From assembly GCA_963705305.1 (NCBI GenBank), contig OY970067.1:3168001-3232000 (forward strand): a stretch of 64,000 bases of DNA, in the 5' to 3' direction. The translations under genes and the position numbers were made by a program. Below the pieces are notes generated by a model. That model did not search any database. It saw only the letters and a program-made list of their open reading frames with translations, and was not told the DNA's origin. This DNA is from an uncultured Methylomirabilota bacterium (GTDB lineage: Bacteria; Methylomirabilota; Methylomirabilia; Methylomirabilales; 2-02-FULL-66-22). Positions 51,001 to 60,064 of this stretch are shown one piece after another; position 1 is the first letter of the stretch, and every line of letters begins with the position of its first letter.

Positions 51001-54000
51001 GTTCATCCAGGATGCCAATCCCCTCGGGCTGGGTCAGCGTCACGGGAAGTGACACCGGCGTCGGAAAGGTATAGACGTGGACCGATGCCGCGGGCTGCCC
51101 GTTGATCAGCGGCACGAGCGGCATGGTGCCCGGGCTGAGGGGCCGGACCGTCACCGTGGCCGGTGCGGTCGCCACATTGGCCACCCCGCGGGGATCCGTG
51201 TACCTCCCCGTGATCGTAAAGCTGCCGGACTTCGTATAGACGCACTGCCCGTCCCCGTCCAGTGTCTGCAGCGGGGTCGTGCCGCAGTCTACCGTCCGGT
51301 TGGCCACGGTCGGGCTGGCCGGCCAGTGGACGCCCACGGCCACGCTGGCGCTCGGGTCCTTCTGGGCCACCGGCTCGAGGGTGAGGGCCAGCGTATTCAC
51401 CGTCAGCGTGACGCTGGCATCTGCGTGCAGGCTCTGCCCGCCAGTCGTCTTGGCCAGCAGGGTGAAGGTGTAGGTCCCGCTCGCCGTCAGGGAGGTCTGG
51501 GCCTGGAACGTCAGGCCATCCTGCTTGCTCAAGGACAGGGCCGGAGCGGGAATCCCGTTCCGGGTCACCTGGATGCTCGAGCTGGCGAGATCCACTGTGT
51601 CCGCGAAGCCGACCGTGCCGACCTTCTGGAAGCTGATCGGGAACGTGACCGGGACCGGTGTGCTATACACCGTCAGCGGCGCGGTCGCTGCCACCCCGTC
51701 CACGATGGCGACGAAAGGTTGCGCGGGGTCGAGCTGGAGCGGCAGGGCGGGGATGCTCAGGGTGCTCGTCCCCGCCGGGACGTTGGGTGTCCCCGTCGCG
51801 TCCGTGAACGTGCCACTGATGGTGTAGGTCCCGGCCGCGCCGTACTCGCAGCGCACACTCGCACCCGTGCGCTTCTGGGCAGGCGTGGTGCCGCATTCCA
51901 CAATTTGGTTGGTTGTGACAGGCGTCGTCGGCCACTGCACCGGGACGCTGACCGCCTGCGTCGTCTCGGTCCAGCTTGGGGCTCCGACGCTCAGCGTGAC
52001 TGGGCTCAGACTGAGGGTGAAGGTGACCGGTGACGTGCTCACTGCCTGTCCGCTCTGAGTGCGGGCGTTCAGCATGAGGGTGTAGGTCCCTGGCGCGGTC
52101 AGGCTGGCACTTGTTGTGTAGCTCAGGTCCTGCGTGTTTGCGAGCGCGAGGGTGCGCGGCGTTTGCCCCGTCTGCGAGAGGATCATCTTGGCGTTCGCGG
52201 CATCCAACGGGTCATAGACACCGACCCCGTCCGCCGGCGCGAACATGAGGGCAATCGCCAAGTTGGCCGGCAGGCTGTACACGAGGAGATCCGTCTTGCC
52301 ATTGATCGTGTACGTGATCGGAGTGACCGTCAGCGCCTGCCACGGCACGTCCACCGTGAGCGGCGCGGTCGGGACGTTCGGGGTCCCCATGGCATCCGTG
52401 AAGCGGCCGACCACCGTGTACGACCCGCTTTTGGTGTAAAGGCAGGTGGCGCTCGTGCCCGTGGAGGTCTGGGGCGGGGTCGTGCCGCAGTCAATGCTCA
52501 GGTTGCTCGCGGCAAGGTCACTGGGCCACTCAATCTGGACGGTCACGACGCCCTTCCCCTGGGGATCGTGCTTCGTGAGCGTGATCGCGGTGGAATTCAG
52601 GGTGAAGGTCTGGGACGTTCCCACCGCTTGGCCCGTCAGGGTGTAGCCGCTGAGCGTCACCGTATACGCCCCGGCAGAGTTGAGAGCGGCCGTGCCGTCT
52701 GGCGTGGCCAGGGCGTACAGGTAGGTCACCCCGTCATTGCTCACCGCCGTGAGGGGCAGGCTCTGCGCCGGTTGCCCCGTTGGCGCGATCACCACGCGGC
52801 TCCGGTTGAGATCCAGCAGATCCGGGACCCCTGGCGTACTCGGGAGCGTGAGGGTCAGACCGAGACTGAACCGGGCGGGCAGGCTGTAGACCTGGACCGT
52901 CCCCGTCGCGGCGTGGGCGTTGACCGTCGGGGAGAAGGCGGTCAGGCTCCCCGCGACCGCGGGCACCGTGATCGGGACCGAGGGTGCCGTGAAGCTCTGT
53001 CCGTTCAGGACATAGGTCCCCGTGATCGTGTAGGTGCCCGGCGCGGCATAGGTGCAGACATCCGGGAGTACCGTGAGCACCGCCCCCTGGCCGCAGGTGA
53101 CACTCCCACTGGTCGGCGCGCCGCCGGCCCAGGAGACTTGCGTCGTCACCGAGGAGCCGGCCGCCTGCAATGGTGTCGTCGCGATCGTCACGGGTTGCGC
53201 GATGATGAAGAGCAGGCTGCCCGCCGTGCCACCCCCCGGACCCACCGTGCTCACCCCGATGGTGGCCGTCCCCGCATTCTTGAGGCTCGCCGAGGGGATC
53301 ATGGCAGTGAGGGTGGTCCCACCGCCGCTCACCGTGCTGGTCAGGGAGGAGCCGTTCCAGGTGATGCTCGATCCCGTCAGCACGCCGCCGGAGACGAAGT
53401 TGGCCCCGGTGACCATGACGGTGACCCCGGTGGAGCCTGCCAGCGCGGTGGTTGGCGAGAGGATGGTCACCGTGGGGCTCGGGTTCGCCACGGTGAAGGT
53501 GGCGCTGTTCGATGTGCCTCCGCCTGGCGTCGGGTTCGTGACGCTCACCGAGACCGACTGCGCCGTGGCGACATCTGCGGCCGTCAGGGTCACCTGAATC
53601 TGCCCGCCGCTGAGCCATTGCAGTGAGGTCCCGGATTTGGTCTGGCCCCCCCAGTTCACCGTGCTACCACTCACGAATCCGGTGCCATTGATGGTGATGG
53701 TGGGTGGCGGACTCCCCACCAGCACCGAGGGAATGTCGAAGGAGGTCACCGTCGGCACCGGGTTCTGCACCACGAAGGTGATCGTCCCCGCCGACTGCGT
53801 CCCCTTCGCGGGATTTCGCACGCCGACCTTGTGCGTCCCTGGCGTGGCCAGATTGGCGCCGGGGATGGTCGCGGTGAGCGACCCGTAGTTGTTCCAGGTC
53901 GTGGAGGTCAGATCCACGCCGTCCCAGGTGACGATCGCGCTCGGGTCGAAGCTGCTCCCGGTCACGGTCATCGTCACGCCCGAGCTTCCGGCCACAGCCG

Positions 54001-55213
54001 CGCTCGGGGTCGTGCTGCTGATGGCCGGCGTGGACTCGATGACGCTGAAGCTCGTGAGCGCCGCGCTCGGCCCGCCGCCTGGATCAGGATTGTAAATGGT
54101 GATCGGCACATTGGCCCGGGTGGTCTCGAACTCGCTGCCGGCGATTGTCACCTTCAGGGTTGAGGCATCCTGGAAGCTGACCGCGTTGCTCATGCCACTG
54201 GCCGGACAGACGTAGTTCGTCGCCCCCGCTGCGGGCACTCCGGCCGTCCCGGGGCAGTAGTAGTCCGAGCCAAACTTGACATACGCCCCGCTGACGAAGC
54301 TGCCTCCGGTGATCCGGAGCTGGGTGTCCGACGCCCCCTTGGTCACCGAGCTTGGGGAAACGGTGGCCGGGTTGGGGATCGGATTGGTCAGCGTCAGGAT
54401 GGCTGCCGTCGCCGACTCCCCGCCTGCCCCCGCTCCGTTCGGGTCCGGGTTAACCGCCGTGATCACCACTGTGCCCGGATTCGGGAAGTAGCTCGGTGGT
54501 ACGGAAATCCCCAGGCACGGGAGATGGGGGCATCCCGCTGGCTTCGTCCCGGTGAGCGATGGGGTCGTGGCCGTCCCCGGGAGCGGTGCGTGGTTCCAGT
54601 AGATCAGCGAGTCGTTCGTGAAACCGCTGCCGCTGACGTAGAAGCTGAACTGGGTGGGGGAGCCCGCCTGGTACGTGAGCGTTTGCCCCGGATCCAGCGT
54701 GGGCGTCGGGTTGTTTACGGAGACCGTCAGGTTGGGAGTGGCTCCCGTGGGCTGGGTGACCACCTTGACCAGCACCGTCCCGGCATGGAGGAAGAGGCTA
54801 TTCGGAATGTTCACGACAATCTGGGTGGCCGACAGGCTCGTGATGCCGCCACTGGCGCCGCCGGGCAGGTTCGGGTAGTAGAAGTCTTTCGAGTTGTTGA
54901 CTCGAACGAAGGTGCAGTACTGGCCCGAGACGCTGGCCGATCCGCACTTGCCGTTCGCGTCGGGCGTCGTCAGGTCGAAGGTGCCGGTCAGAGTGAATGC
55001 CGTCGTGCTGGTGCTCGTGTTCGGCGTCACCTCGGTGACGGCAATGATTGAGGTCGGGTCGATCCCGGTCAGCGTCGACGCCTCTCCAGGGATGGCTGGC
55101 AGGAGGAGCGCCAGGAGAAGACCTAGGAACGTGAGTGTCGCGGACACACCCGTCGGGCAGCGCCACCCGAGGTGGGCTCCAGGCAACCGGTAGAACGAGC
55201 GGTGCGTACCCAT
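48071..55213 (-). CDS. Giant (~2380 aa) exported Ig-like (IPT/TIG and PKD-like) repeat protein
   Basis: SD AAAGGAGG, signal peptide, Thr-rich IPT repeats (ITINGTGFVSGSTV), seven ~200-aa units containing CGT...CxY..GxYT. Confidence 0.88.
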   Translation of the reverse strand: MGTHRSFYRLPGAHLGWRCPTGVSATLTFLGLLLALLLPAIPGEASTLTGIDPTSIIAVTEVTPNTSTSTTAFTLTGTFDLTTPDANGKCGSASVSGQYCTFVRVNNSKDFYYPNLPGGASGGITSLSATQIVVNIPNSLFLHAGTVLVKVVTQPTGATPNLTVSVNNPTPTLDPGQTLTYQAGSPTQFSFYVSGSGFTNDSLIYWNHAPLPGTATTPSLTGTKPAGCPHLPCLGISVPPSYFPNPGTVVITAVNPDPNGAGAGGESATAAILTLTNPIPNPATVSPSSVTKGASDTQLRITGGSFVSGAYVKFGSDYYCPGTAGVPAAGATNYVCPASGMSNAVSFQDASTLKVTIAGSEFETTRANVPITIYNPDPGGGPSAALTSFSVIESTPAISSTTPSAAVAGSSGVTMTVTGSSFDPSAIVTWDGVDLTSTTWNNYGSLTATIPGANLATPGTHKVGVRNPAKGTQSAGTITFVVQNPVPTVTSFDIPSVLVGSPPPTITINGTGFVSGSTVNWGGQTKSGTSLQWLSGGQIQVTLTAADVATAQSVSVSVTNPTPGGGTSNSATFTVANPSPTVTILSPTTALAGSTGVTVMVTGANFVSGGVLTGSSITWNGSSLTSTVSGGGTTLTAMIPSASLKNAGTATIGVSTVGPGGGTAGSLLFIIAQPVTIATTPLQAAGSSVTTQVSWAGGAPTSGSVTCGQGAVLTVLPDVCTYAAPGTYTITGTYVLNGQSFTAPSVPITVPAVAGSLTAFSPTVNAHAATGTVQVYSLPARFSLGLTLTLPSTPGVPDLLDLNRSRVVIAPTGQPAQSLPLTAVSNDGVTYLYALATPDGTAALNSAGAYTVTLSGYTLTGQAVGTSQTFTLNSTAITLTKHDPQGKGVVTVQIEWPSDLAASNLSIDCGTTPPQTSTGTSATCLYTKSGSYTVVGRFTDAMGTPNVPTAPLTVDVPWQALTVTPITYTINGKTDLLVYSLPANLAIALMFAPADGVGVYDPLDAANAKMILSQTGQTPRTLALANTQDLSYTTSASLTAPGTYTLMLNARTQSGQAVSTSPVTFTLSLSPVTLSVGAPSWTETTQAVSVPVQWPTTPVTTNQIVECGTTPAQKRTGASVRCEYGAAGTYTISGTFTDATGTPNVPAGTSTLSIPALPLQLDPAQPFVAIVDGVAATAPLTVYSTPVPVTFPISFQKVGTVGFADTVDLASSSIQVTRNGIPAPALSLSKQDGLTFQAQTSLTASGTYTFTLLAKTTGGQSLHADASVTLTVNTLALTLEPVAQKDPSASVAVGVHWPASPTVANRTVDCGTTPLQTLDGDGQCVYTKSGSFTITGRYTDPRGVANVATAPATVTVRPLSPGTMPLVPLINGQPAASVHVYTFPTPVSLPVTLTQPEGIGILDELNLGSSAIAMTKDGVSAGSLTLTRIDGLHYTASASLTASGTYTFTLLGLTGSGATVTTTGSLVLTLTPVTLTAGVAEQRVGWTVAVPITWPADPVVTEMVADCGTSPTQTVTGPTGTCLYTQAGSYTVTGRFTDPVGAPNTATAPLTVTIPALALNQPALVPMLGNQPLAGRTLYTLPQTIGLPVTFTAADGVGVPDSLNLGTSKMVVTKDGTQIARLTATRTDALHYTASFSPSGFGAYVFTLDGHTQRGSSLTTSVALPLTLATITLQADPPVQDGANVSVPIHWPADAPSADATTDCGTRPAQGFSGLTGECTYAKAGSATVTGAFTDPNGSRRVATAPLTVSVASVPVTVKEITIALNGQPANRATVSTTLPAVLDATVTLAPPAVVGIVDPIFGQTSVLTITRPQMAAITVTLTLSADGLTLTGQTLLNAPGDYHVAFSGRTQGNVALSGAVDTSLSGAPISLQVGALAQTGPRTILVPLTFPEELPASKYLVDCGTHPAQMLAGQSVTCTYTAPGTYQVVGYFTPQGSQTRTQTEPSEVVIPAQVPPYLDLAVQFLNAGYSSEPNDSRPDARKYHLTPTIYPVDVRVTIVVPGLDAEGVGVPSAFDEGSAKLTLTLTGTADGQAMVNGPSTTLPLHYDATSNTFIVQTSLRGFLLDGVTPHISGQYSLVFTGTLQDGTPVTQSASLLIDEPLLQAVAFLYGIDGPYAPTTYRYRLTELQSPVKRERITISWTAVSLADPSAPPIKSTRGSTNFAVTFTQPGTYRVSLAVLGTVSGSFAWSEDITVQAPPTDAPYITISSGGAQRPPVQYLLKYTVPPGALDARDRVTTSTWIADGIALHWPPNRATVTQPGTHTFALTVKTAAGKELTASQTVDVAENMVPRGTIDCTKTQVGTASATLRCSANGLDPDGSVKIRRWVVPELKVDVRQGWSLKVPVNSPPETATVHLYATDNSGATLDLGPVTVPLRPQN

Positions 55214-55547
55214 TGGCGGTCCTCCTTTGTGCTTTGTGCAGACCCCACCGCGACCAATATGATCGGGGTGGGGACGACAATCGCTGCCAGGTGGTCGGGG
55301 GAGAGATCCGCGCCAACGGGTGAGCAGGGTAGCCGTCCTGCAGTGATGTGGGAGGCGGGCTCCTGCCGACGGGTGATCCCGGGTGGCCTCCGTGCGACGC
55401 CGATCGACCGTTGTCTGCAGCATCGGGCCACCCTGCATCCTGATAAACCGCCAGCCGGTCTGAGGGGACCCGGTGGCGGGATCCTGACGTTACATCCAGA
55501 GCCTCCGGCTGCGGGGCATCCCCCGCGGCTCCGGACCGTGTGTCCCT

Positions 55548-56126
55548 TCAGTGGCTGGACTGCCTTGGTGCGGCCATCCTCATCTCCTGGAGGGGCTCGG
55601 GCAATGGCAGAAACCTGCTGTCCTCGGCGCCCGTGGCCCACATCACCACACGCTGGACCCTGCGAATGTAGCGTAGGGCGGCCCTGCGCCGTTTCGGGGA
55701 CCTCGCCCAACCTGCCCCGACGTTGTAACAGCCAATGGCCTCCCAGGTGTAGCCATATTCCCTCACGCACTGCTTCAGCACCCAGGTTCCCGCTGCGGCG
55801 TTCGCGCAGGGGTCTCCGAGGTAGGGCCAGATGGATGCGAGGCCGCGGGGATACCACCAGCTGTTGATCTGCATGAGCCCGACATCGTAGCTGCCGTTCC
55901 TGTTCCAGTTCAGGGCGGAGGGGTTACCCTCGCTTTCCGCCCAGGCGATCGCCCGGAGGAGCGTGGGATGGACGTTGGCCCACTTCGCGGCGCGCTCCAG
56001 GCACCCCGGCTCGGCCGCGGCGAGAGTCGGAAGGAGGCTGCTCAGCAAGAGCCAGCCCGCGAGGGGCCAGGCGGATCTTCGGGGTGGGGTCACCAGCGCG
56101 AGCGGGTCCCGCATGGGGGGCCTCAC
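55548..56126 (-). CDS. Lytic transglycosylase (SLT, VirB1-like)
   Basis: AIAWAES, DVGLMQINS, AIGCYN. Confidence 0.92.
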   Translation of the reverse strand: MRPPMRDPLALVTPPRRSAWPLAGWLLLSSLLPTLAAAEPGCLERAAKWANVHPTLLRAIAWAESEGNPSALNWNRNGSYDVGLMQINSWWYPRGLASIWPYLGDPCANAAAGTWVLKQCVREYGYTWEAIGCYNVGAGWARSPKRRRAALRYIRRVQRVVMWATGAEDSRFLPLPEPLQEMRMAAPRQSSH

Positions 56127-57343
56127 TTCAGGTGCTTTGCTGGCGGCATGACGGACGGTGCCGTCTCCGCCGGTTCTGGCGGTGCCGCAGGATGCGGCAC
56201 CAGGCCGGTCGGGACGGCCGTGGCCGCGTGCGCAATGCCCGGTCTCAGGACCGGTGCCGCGGCTGCCTTCTCAGGGTGCGTGGCCTTTGGGGCTGGCAAG
56301 GCCGGCGCTGCCTTCTCTTTGGCGTCTTTCGCGGGCGGTGCGGGGGGGAGCGTCGGTGCGGCCTGAGTCGCCGCAGCCGGAGCATCCGGCTTCGCCGCCT
56401 TGGGGACGGGACCGGCCTGGCCGGGCACGCACACAACCTTGGGGTTGCAGTCCGGCTTCTCGGCTTGGCTCACCGCCGGGCTCCCGGAGGCTTCCGGCTG
56501 CGGCGCAGCTGGCTTCTTCGGCTTGGGAGCGGGCTTCGGGACCAGCAGGGCCTTGGCCTCCCTCACCTGCACGCTCGCCCCGTGCTCATCGAGCACTCGC
56601 CTCAGGTACAACTTGCCGGCCGTGGGATAGCCGCTATCCAGGAATGCGAGGCCGAGCTGGAAGAGGGCCTCCGGGGCCTTGGGATCTTTGGCGTGCCCTT
56701 CGACCCACGCACGGAGGGGCAGGGTCTGCCGGGGCGTGGCCTGCAGCGCTTTCAGGGCCTCGGTGAACTCGCGGCTGTCCGTATCGGGGTCAGGGGCGCT
56801 GGCGGTTGGCCCGACCGGAGCCGCCGGGCCGGCTGTGGCTTTGACCTCGCCCAGCGTGCGCTCGAGCTCCTTGATCCGAATCTGAAGGCTGCTCACCATA
56901 CTCTCGAAGCGGCCGCTCAAGGCCGTCAGGTCGCCGCCGACCTTGCCGACACTGGCCGTGAGGGGCTTCAGGTCCGCCGGTGTGACCGCCGACTTCATCG
57001 CGGCCACGGACTGTTCGAAGACCGCCTTGATGTCCGCCGCCGCCTGGGCGTACCGGTCATCAAACTTCCGGAACTGCTCCTCCATCCACGGCTTGGTCAC
57101 CCCGGGGGTGTCCGCGGGCGGGACGGGCACGGGCGCGGGCACGTAGGCTGCGGGCTGGAGGCTGGTGGCCTGGAGCGGAAAGGCGGCCTGGGCCCTGATC
57201 TCCTCGGGGGTGGGGCCCTTCGTGGCACACCCGGCCCCCAGGGTCGACAGGGCCAGGAGGAGAAAGAGCCCCTGCCGGATCGATGGCTTACCGGCCCGGG
57301 CGAGTCGGTTACGGTGCAGCGGGCACATCGACGGGCTTGACAT
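56123..57343 (-). CDS. Lipoprotein with coiled coil and TPR (CpoB/YbgF-like), Pro/Ala tail
   Basis: Lipobox GAGC, coiled coil, KAPEALFQLGLAF...VLDEH. Confidence 0.6.
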   Translation of the reverse strand: MSSPSMCPLHRNRLARAGKPSIRQGLFLLLALSTLGAGCATKGPTPEEIRAQAAFPLQATSLQPAAYVPAPVPVPPADTPGVTKPWMEEQFRKFDDRYAQAAADIKAVFEQSVAAMKSAVTPADLKPLTASVGKVGGDLTALSGRFESMVSSLQIRIKELERTLGEVKATAGPAAPVGPTASAPDPDTDSREFTEALKALQATPRQTLPLRAWVEGHAKDPKAPEALFQLGLAFLDSGYPTAGKLYLRRVLDEHGASVQVREAKALLVPKPAPKPKKPAAPQPEASGSPAVSQAEKPDCNPKVVCVPGQAGPVPKAAKPDAPAAATQAAPTLPPAPPAKDAKEKAAPALPAPKATHPEKAAAAPVLRPGIAHAATAVPTGLVPHPAAPPEPAETAPSVMPPAKHLK

Positions 57344-58307
57344 GGCTCACGGCTCCTTCCGGGTTGGCCTCGGGGATCAGCCGGAGGAGACGAGTGGCAA
57401 TCTCCTGCTCGGTGAGAATTCCGGTCCCGAGGCGTGTCAGGGAACGGGTGCGGGGTTGAAGCAGGTAGAGGCCCGGGAACTCTGTGACCTGCAGGGATTC
57501 CACGATCAGCGGGTAGGGGAGCGCTGCGGTTCCATCGGCCAAGGTCATGAGCTCCGTGGCGATCGGCCGCACGGTGAACTCGTACGTCTCCCCCCACTCC
57601 CTGAGGATCTTCCAGGCGATCTCGCAGCTCCGGCAGTTCGGCTGCACGACGAGCAGGAGGCTCACGGTCTCCCGGAGGGAGGCCAGGTCTCGCTTCTCGC
57701 GGGTGGCCCGCTCCGCGTCATACGCGCGTTGCGCGACCCCTCCGAGGGGCATGGCATCGGGCTGATCGAAGCCGCCGTCCGTCCAGATCACCTCCTGCCA
57801 TATTCGCGAGAACTGCTCCGAGCGCCGGAGGGATTCCTGCTGCACGAGCAGGTACTTGCGGACGCTCACGCGATCCAGGCGGGTCAGGGCTTGGTCCATC
57901 AGGACCGGGATCCATGCCCGGATCGCCGCTGCGGGGACCGTGGGGAGCATCTGGGCCAGTTCGGTGTCCGGCAGTTGCCGCAGGTATCCCTCCAGGACCG
58001 GCCCTTCCGTTGGCAGGCTGGACATGGGTCCTGCGTGGTCCTCCGGCCGCAGGGGCTCCGCCCAGTCCGGTGCGTCCGGCTTGGGTGCGTGCTCTTCTGG
58101 CTCCGGCGCTGGCTGGGGTGACGGGGTGGGTGTCTCCCGCTCCTCGTGGTAGAAGTACCAGCCCCGGTCCTTCTGGAAGTACGGGAACTGCGTCGGCCAT
58201 TCTGCCTGCGCCAATGCGGGGAGCAGGCCATTCACCCCCACCGCCAAGGCTGCGCTGCAGGCCAGTGCCCGGAGGGCTCGTCGTGGTCGCCTTCCGGTGG
58301 TCAGCAT
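57309..58307 (-). CDS. traF: F-type pilus assembly thioredoxin-like protein
   Basis: RGWYFYHE, VRKYLLVQ, FSRIW, CRSC, FPGLYL, GILTEQEI. Confidence 0.85.
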   Translation of the reverse strand: MLTTGRRPRRALRALACSAALAVGVNGLLPALAQAEWPTQFPYFQKDRGWYFYHEERETPTPSPQPAPEPEEHAPKPDAPDWAEPLRPEDHAGPMSSLPTEGPVLEGYLRQLPDTELAQMLPTVPAAAIRAWIPVLMDQALTRLDRVSVRKYLLVQQESLRRSEQFSRIWQEVIWTDGGFDQPDAMPLGGVAQRAYDAERATREKRDLASLRETVSLLLVVQPNCRSCEIAWKILREWGETYEFTVRPIATELMTLADGTAALPYPLIVESLQVTEFPGLYLLQPRTRSLTRLGTGILTEQEIATRLLRLIPEANPEGAVSHVKPVDVPAAP

Positions 58308-58756
58308 CGTGGCAGCACCTTCCGGAGGTAGGGGAGCGCATGGGACGCGTCCAGCCCGTACACAATGGCAAAGGGCCCCTCGTTCCGGTTCCCGCAGGTC
58401 AGGACCACCGCTGGGACGGCCTCCACCCCGTAGGCCTCGAACGGCAGGGGATCCACCTCCAAGCCGGCTCCCTCGGCGACGAGGTCCTTCAGGTTCAGCA
58501 GCGTCTCCTGGAGTGAGCTTCCGACGAGCCCGCGGAGGATCAGCGGAGCATCCAACCCGGCAGCATCCTTGGCGAGGGCGAGCAGGCTGACCATCGGCAG
58601 GCTGCTGGAGATGAAGACGTAGAGGTGCGGGGAAATCTCCTCCGGCTCCACGGCGCCGGCCCGGTCCCCGACCATACCGAGCAGGCCCATCGTGATCAGC
58701 ACAGCCAGCAGGCGGCGCCTGAGACTGCGCCGGTGGAGGAGCGGTGTTTCCCTCAT
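58301..58756 (-). CDS. trbC: F-type pilin assembly protein
   Basis: LYVFISSSLP, LILRGL, VDPLPFEAYGVEAVPAVV. Confidence 0.88.
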   Translation of the reverse strand: MRETPLLHRRSLRRRLLAVLITMGLLGMVGDRAGAVEPEEISPHLYVFISSSLPMVSLLALAKDAAGLDAPLILRGLVGSSLQETLLNLKDLVAEGAGLEVDPLPFEAYGVEAVPAVVLTCGNRNEGPFAIVYGLDASHALPYLRKVLPRC

Positions 58757-58791
58757 CGAATCTCCGAGCCCCGCGCGCTCCTGGCGAACCG

Positions 58792-58811
58792 ATGCAACAC
58801 GCCGTGTTGCA
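58792..58811. repeat. Palindrome between traU and trbC; 18 bp shared with 31426-31443
   Basis: TGCAACAC-GCC-GTGTTGCA. Confidence 0.75.
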
Positions 58812-58814
58812 ATG

Positions 58815-59975
58815 CTACCGAGCACAGCAGTCGCGCTGGCGCCAGACGAGGAAGGAAAAGTCTTCGCCATAGACCGGGTAGGCCTTTCCGGACCCCCACA
58901 GCAATGTGTTCCGGCCGATCGGAGGGCAGCACAGTGGGGTCGCGGTATTCGGCAGGGGATACAGAAGCTGGAGCCGGTACTGGCTCTTCCGAATCATGCC
59001 CGTATAGACCTTGTCGCAGAGGGCGAGGTCAGTGGACGTCAATGCCTCGAAGTACGCGCGGTTCATCTTAGCCAGGGTTCGAGCCGCGAGGAGGGCCGCC
59101 GTGTTGGCCTCGCCGACCGGACCGGCCACGGTCCCGGTGTACGGGTACATGCTTCCCCAGCAGCCCGCACACCAGAACAGCGGGTCAATCGGCCATCCGG
59201 CGCTGGCTGCCAGGCAATCCCCGGCGCACAACGCCTGGCTGATCGGGTTCCCGAACAGGATCGCCTCAGGATTCAGCAGGGCAGCGATCTCGTCGTCGTT
59301 CCAGGTCGGGTCCAGTTCACTCAGGTAGAGCAACGTGTAGTTGGAGACGTCGTAGCCGCCGGTCGAGAAGCACTTGGAGAGGTCCGGGAAGAATCCCGAC
59401 GCAATGTTGCTGATCGAGCTCCCCACGAGCGATGCGGTGAGCCCAAGAATCTCCCACAGGGGGGTCCCGATATAGTGGACGTTGTAGAAGGCGGCTTGCC
59501 TCGTGTCCCCGTTCTGGGCCTCGGTGTACTCCCCGCTCCGCTCGTAGGTGCCCTTCTTCATCTCGACCCCCTCGAGCGAGGGAAAGCAGAGCGGCTCCTT
59601 CACGACCTCGATGAGCCGGATCGGCTCGGAGAAGCCGACCGTCACGCCGGGAAAGATCTTGTCGTCGCAGTGGCAGAAGGTGGAGCTCGGCGCCGCGGGG
59701 TCCGGCGCGAATCCCTTGCTGAGCAGGGTCTTGCCCCCAAGGCGGAAGGGGAACACACAGCCCCAGCACACCTTGGTGAGCATGGTTTCCAGGACCTGGC
59801 TCTTGGGGCAGAGCGCCATGGCGGGGCTGGGCAGAGCGGCCAAAATGATCACAGCGAAGACCAATCTGGCGACCGCCGCCCCGCCCAGCGCGCTGCGCGG
59901 GCGGGAGGCAAGAAGGAAGGGAGCTGGCGGGTGATAGGTGAAGGTGCCGCGACGCAGGTTGATGGGGTGGATCAT
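58815..59975 (-). CDS. traU: F-type pilus assembly protein
   Basis: VCWGCVFP, YLSELDPTWNDD, LFWCAGCWGSMYP, KSQYR, WRQRDCC. Confidence 0.95.
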   Translation of the reverse strand: MIHPINLRRGTFTYHPPAPFLLASRPRSALGGAAVARLVFAVIILAALPSPAMALCPKSQVLETMLTKVCWGCVFPFRLGGKTLLSKGFAPDPAAPSSTFCHCDDKIFPGVTVGFSEPIRLIEVVKEPLCFPSLEGVEMKKGTYERSGEYTEAQNGDTRQAAFYNVHYIGTPLWEILGLTASLVGSSISNIASGFFPDLSKCFSTGGYDVSNYTLLYLSELDPTWNDDEIAALLNPEAILFGNPISQALCAGDCLAASAGWPIDPLFWCAGCWGSMYPYTGTVAGPVGEANTAALLAARTLAKMNRAYFEALTSTDLALCDKVYTGMIRKSQYRLQLLYPLPNTATPLCCPPIGRNTLLWGSGKAYPVYGEDFSFLVWRQRDCCAR

Positions 59976-60021
59976 GGGGTGCCTCCCGATCGGTCGCGGG
60001 TTTCGACCCGCGACGTCGGGC

Positions 60022-60064
60022 ATTCTGCCAAAGCATTCGCATTCGACAACCGCATCTTTCTGCA
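60022..60064 (-). promoter_or_regulatory. Island promoter, copy 4 (traU operon)
   Basis: TGCAGAAAGATGC-gg-TTGTCG-N16-CAGAAT. Confidence 0.65.

Noticed and set aside
55606..55618. GGCAGAAACCTGC box-like sequence
   Set aside because: Inside slt on the antisense strand with no -10 at the expected spacing.
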